This document shows, one piece after another, positions 62,255 through 64,000 of a stretch of 64,000 nt of DNA. The stretch is taken from assembly GCF_030144855.1 (NCBI RefSeq), contig NC_082736.1, positions 10,168,001 through 10,232,000 of the forward strand. The letters run 5' to 3'. The notes under the pieces are model-generated. The model was not told the origin of the DNA. It ran no database searches and saw nothing but the letters and a program-made list of their open reading frames with translations. The translations under genes and the position numbers were made by a program. The first letter of the stretch is position 1. Every line of letters begins with the position of its first letter. The stretch is from Hypanus sabinus. Lineage: Eukaryota.

Positions 62255-62917
62255 ATGACCGAGACAGCACCCGCCGAAACGGCTCCTCCAGCCGCACCCG
62301 CCGCCGCAAAGAAGACTCCCAAGAAGAAGGCGGCTGCCCGGAGCAAACCAACCGGTCCCTCGCTGGGCGAACAGATCGATAAGATCGTGGCGGGTTGTCA
62401 CGATAGGAAGGGTATGTCCGGTGCGGCCATCATGAAGGCTCTGGTTGACAGCGGTGTCGATGTGGTGAAACGTCGCCCCCAGATCAAGATGAGCATCAAG
62501 AGGAAAGTGGAAAGCGGCTCCTTGGTTCAGATGAAGGGTTCTGGTCTTTCGGGATCCTTTAAATCCGGTAAAGGGAAAAGTGCCGTGAAGGTGGTGAAGA
62601 AAGCGAAGAAGCCATCGGCAAAGAAATCTCCAAACAAGAAATCTCCCAGCAAGAAGCCTGGCGCCAAGAAACCAGCGGCTAAAAAAGCGGGAGGTAAGAA
62701 ACCAGCGACTAAGAAAGCGGCAGCAAATAAACCCGCGGCTAAGAAAGCGGCAGCTAAGAAACCCGCGGCTAAGAAAGCGGCAGCTAAGAAACCAGCGGCT
62801 AAGAAAGCGGCGCCGAAGCCCAAGAGCCCCAAGAAAGCTGCAGCCCCGAAGACGAAGGCGGCCAAGAAGCCGAAGTCGAAATCCGCGAAACCCAAGAAGA
62901 CAGCAGTCAAAAAGTGA
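62255..62917 (+). CDS. H1: Histone H1 (220 aa), replication-dependent linker histone
   Basis: MTETAPAE..; winged-helix globular domain ending GSLVQMKGSGLSGSFK; K/A/P-rich tail with (S/T)PxK motifs; perfect stem-loop downstream. Confidence 0.95.
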   Translation: MTETAPAETAPPAAPAAAKKTPKKKAAARSKPTGPSLGEQIDKIVAGCHDRKGMSGAAIMKALVDSGVDVVKRRPQIKMSIKRKVESGSLVQMKGSGLSGSFKSGKGKSAVKVVKKAKKPSAKKSPNKKSPSKKPGAKKPAAKKAGGKKPATKKAAANKPAAKKAAAKKPAAKKAAAKKPAAKKAAPKPKSPKKAAAPKTKAAKKPKSKSAKPKKTAVKK

Positions 62918-62954
62918 ATTGAGAATCCACCATATGTAACTATCTGAACCCAAC

Positions 62955-62992
62955 GGCTCTTCTCAGAGCCACCCACATCTCAGAAAAGAGCT
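62955..62992 (+). promoter_or_regulatory. Histone 3' stem-loop + HDE of H1
   Basis: GGCTCTTCTCAGAGCC 62955-62970, ACCCA, AAAAGAGCT. Confidence 0.93.
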
Positions 62993-63659
62993 GATTCAAA
63001 GTGTTGTGATTCCCGTCCCGGGTCTGACTGAGCTTTCCGGGGGAACTTCTCACATAGAACCGGAGATTGACGGTACCTGACATATGGTGCGGCCGTGCCG
63101 AATCAGTGTCTGAAATGAGACACGGATGCCCGAGCTGAGATTGGGAGATAAGGGATGTGGGCAGTTTTTGGCCCAATTCCTTCTCCGATGCCGGGAGAGA
63201 GTGACTGAGACATTGACAGCAGCGGAGATTCAGCTGAGTTGATTGGGAACTGCTGAAACCTACGCGAGAGGGGAGGGGGCGTGTTGAGAGAGGGATCCGT
63301 CTCTGGGACGGACTGCAGCGAGAGGATATATGATAAACTACCCGGTGGCATTGCCGACTGACCTTCATGCAGGCCCCAGCTACAAAACTACATTGTTAAT
63401 TTACACAAAACACCAATAACAAAAATGTACAAGAGAATGAAATCTAATTTAAAAAATCACTATTTCCTGGTAGTCACCGCCCCCCCCCGAAATCCCTCAC
63501 TATACCCCTCGCGTCGGCATGCTCCACTCCAAGCACAGCGGAGACGAACGTATCCCCATGTCCAAAGCAAACAAAACGGTAACAGCCGCACCAGCTGTAC
63601 ATGACAGGTTTGTGGGAGAAGTGAAGGGCCAGATGAGACCCTGACAGGGAGGGAAGCGC

Positions 63660-63838
63660 GTTAATCTCTGGATGCATTCAAGAGAGAGTGAGATAGAGCT
63701 CTTAAAGATAGCGGGGTCAAGGGAGAGGGCAGGAATCGGGTACGGATTGTATATGATCAGCCATGATCACAGCGTATGGCGGTTCTGGCTAGAAGGGCCG
63801 AATGGTCTAATCCTGCACCTACTGTCCATTGTCTATTA
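63660..63838 (+). mobile_element. CR1 3' UTR/tail
   Basis: GATCAGCCATGATC...GAAGGGCCGAATGGTCTA..CTGCACCTACTGTCCATTGTCTATT. Confidence 0.75.
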
Positions 63839-63950
63839 CTTCCTATCCCTCGCCGAATTACCCTGTCTGCACAGAACTGATGCTCGAGGTCAATTAGTGC
63901 AAAATCGATCGGCAGGGCAGATCGCTACTACAATAATGATGAGCAAGCTA

Positions 63951-63991
63951 CAGCCCTTCCCTTTGCCGTGGTAGTGGCTCTTAAAAGAGCC
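63951..63991 (-). promoter_or_regulatory. 3' stem-loop + HDE of a minus-strand histone gene lying beyond the window
   Basis: Reverse complement GGCTCTTTTAAGAGCC (63976-63991), then ACTAC, then AAAGGGAAGGGCTG. Confidence 0.88.
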
Positions 63992-64000
63992 TTTTCTGGT

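Noticed and set aside
62204-62976. Long antisense ORFs over H1
   Set aside because: By-product of the low-complexity Lys/Ala codon repeats

Overview
Vertebrate, repeat-dense, non-bacterial DNA. The repeat families and the H1 type suggest a cartilaginous fish, probably a ray (inference). The window is part of a dispersed replication-dependent histone cluster: H2B (30177-30551), a 5'-truncated H2B (41979-42221), H2A (43635-44018), an apparently intact H1 (62255-62917), and the 3' stem-loop of a further minus-strand histone gene at the right edge. It also holds a canonical tRNA-Asp(GTC) and a C2H2 zinc-finger pseudogene. The rest is mostly transposable elements: CR1, Rex1/Babar-like and I/Nimb LINEs, Penelope-like fragments with hammerhead-ribozyme cores, a decayed Sushi-like Gypsy, two solo LTRs, a Tc1, a Buster/Charlie-type hAT, and a young BEL/Pao LTR element. 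The most notable observations are: (i) the BEL element keeps one open 1044-aa ORF despite apparently in-frame loss of RT/RNaseH/integrase core and the Gag zinc knuckles; (ii) a duplicated H2B->H2A unit shows reciprocal gene loss, and all three core-histone copies show decay; (iii) the H1 promoter has TG-box/AC-box spacing of exactly 354 bp; (iv) an orphan PBX/PREP-E-box-CRE-RFX promoter module occurs in three copies. Family assignments come from motif recognition only; no searches were run.
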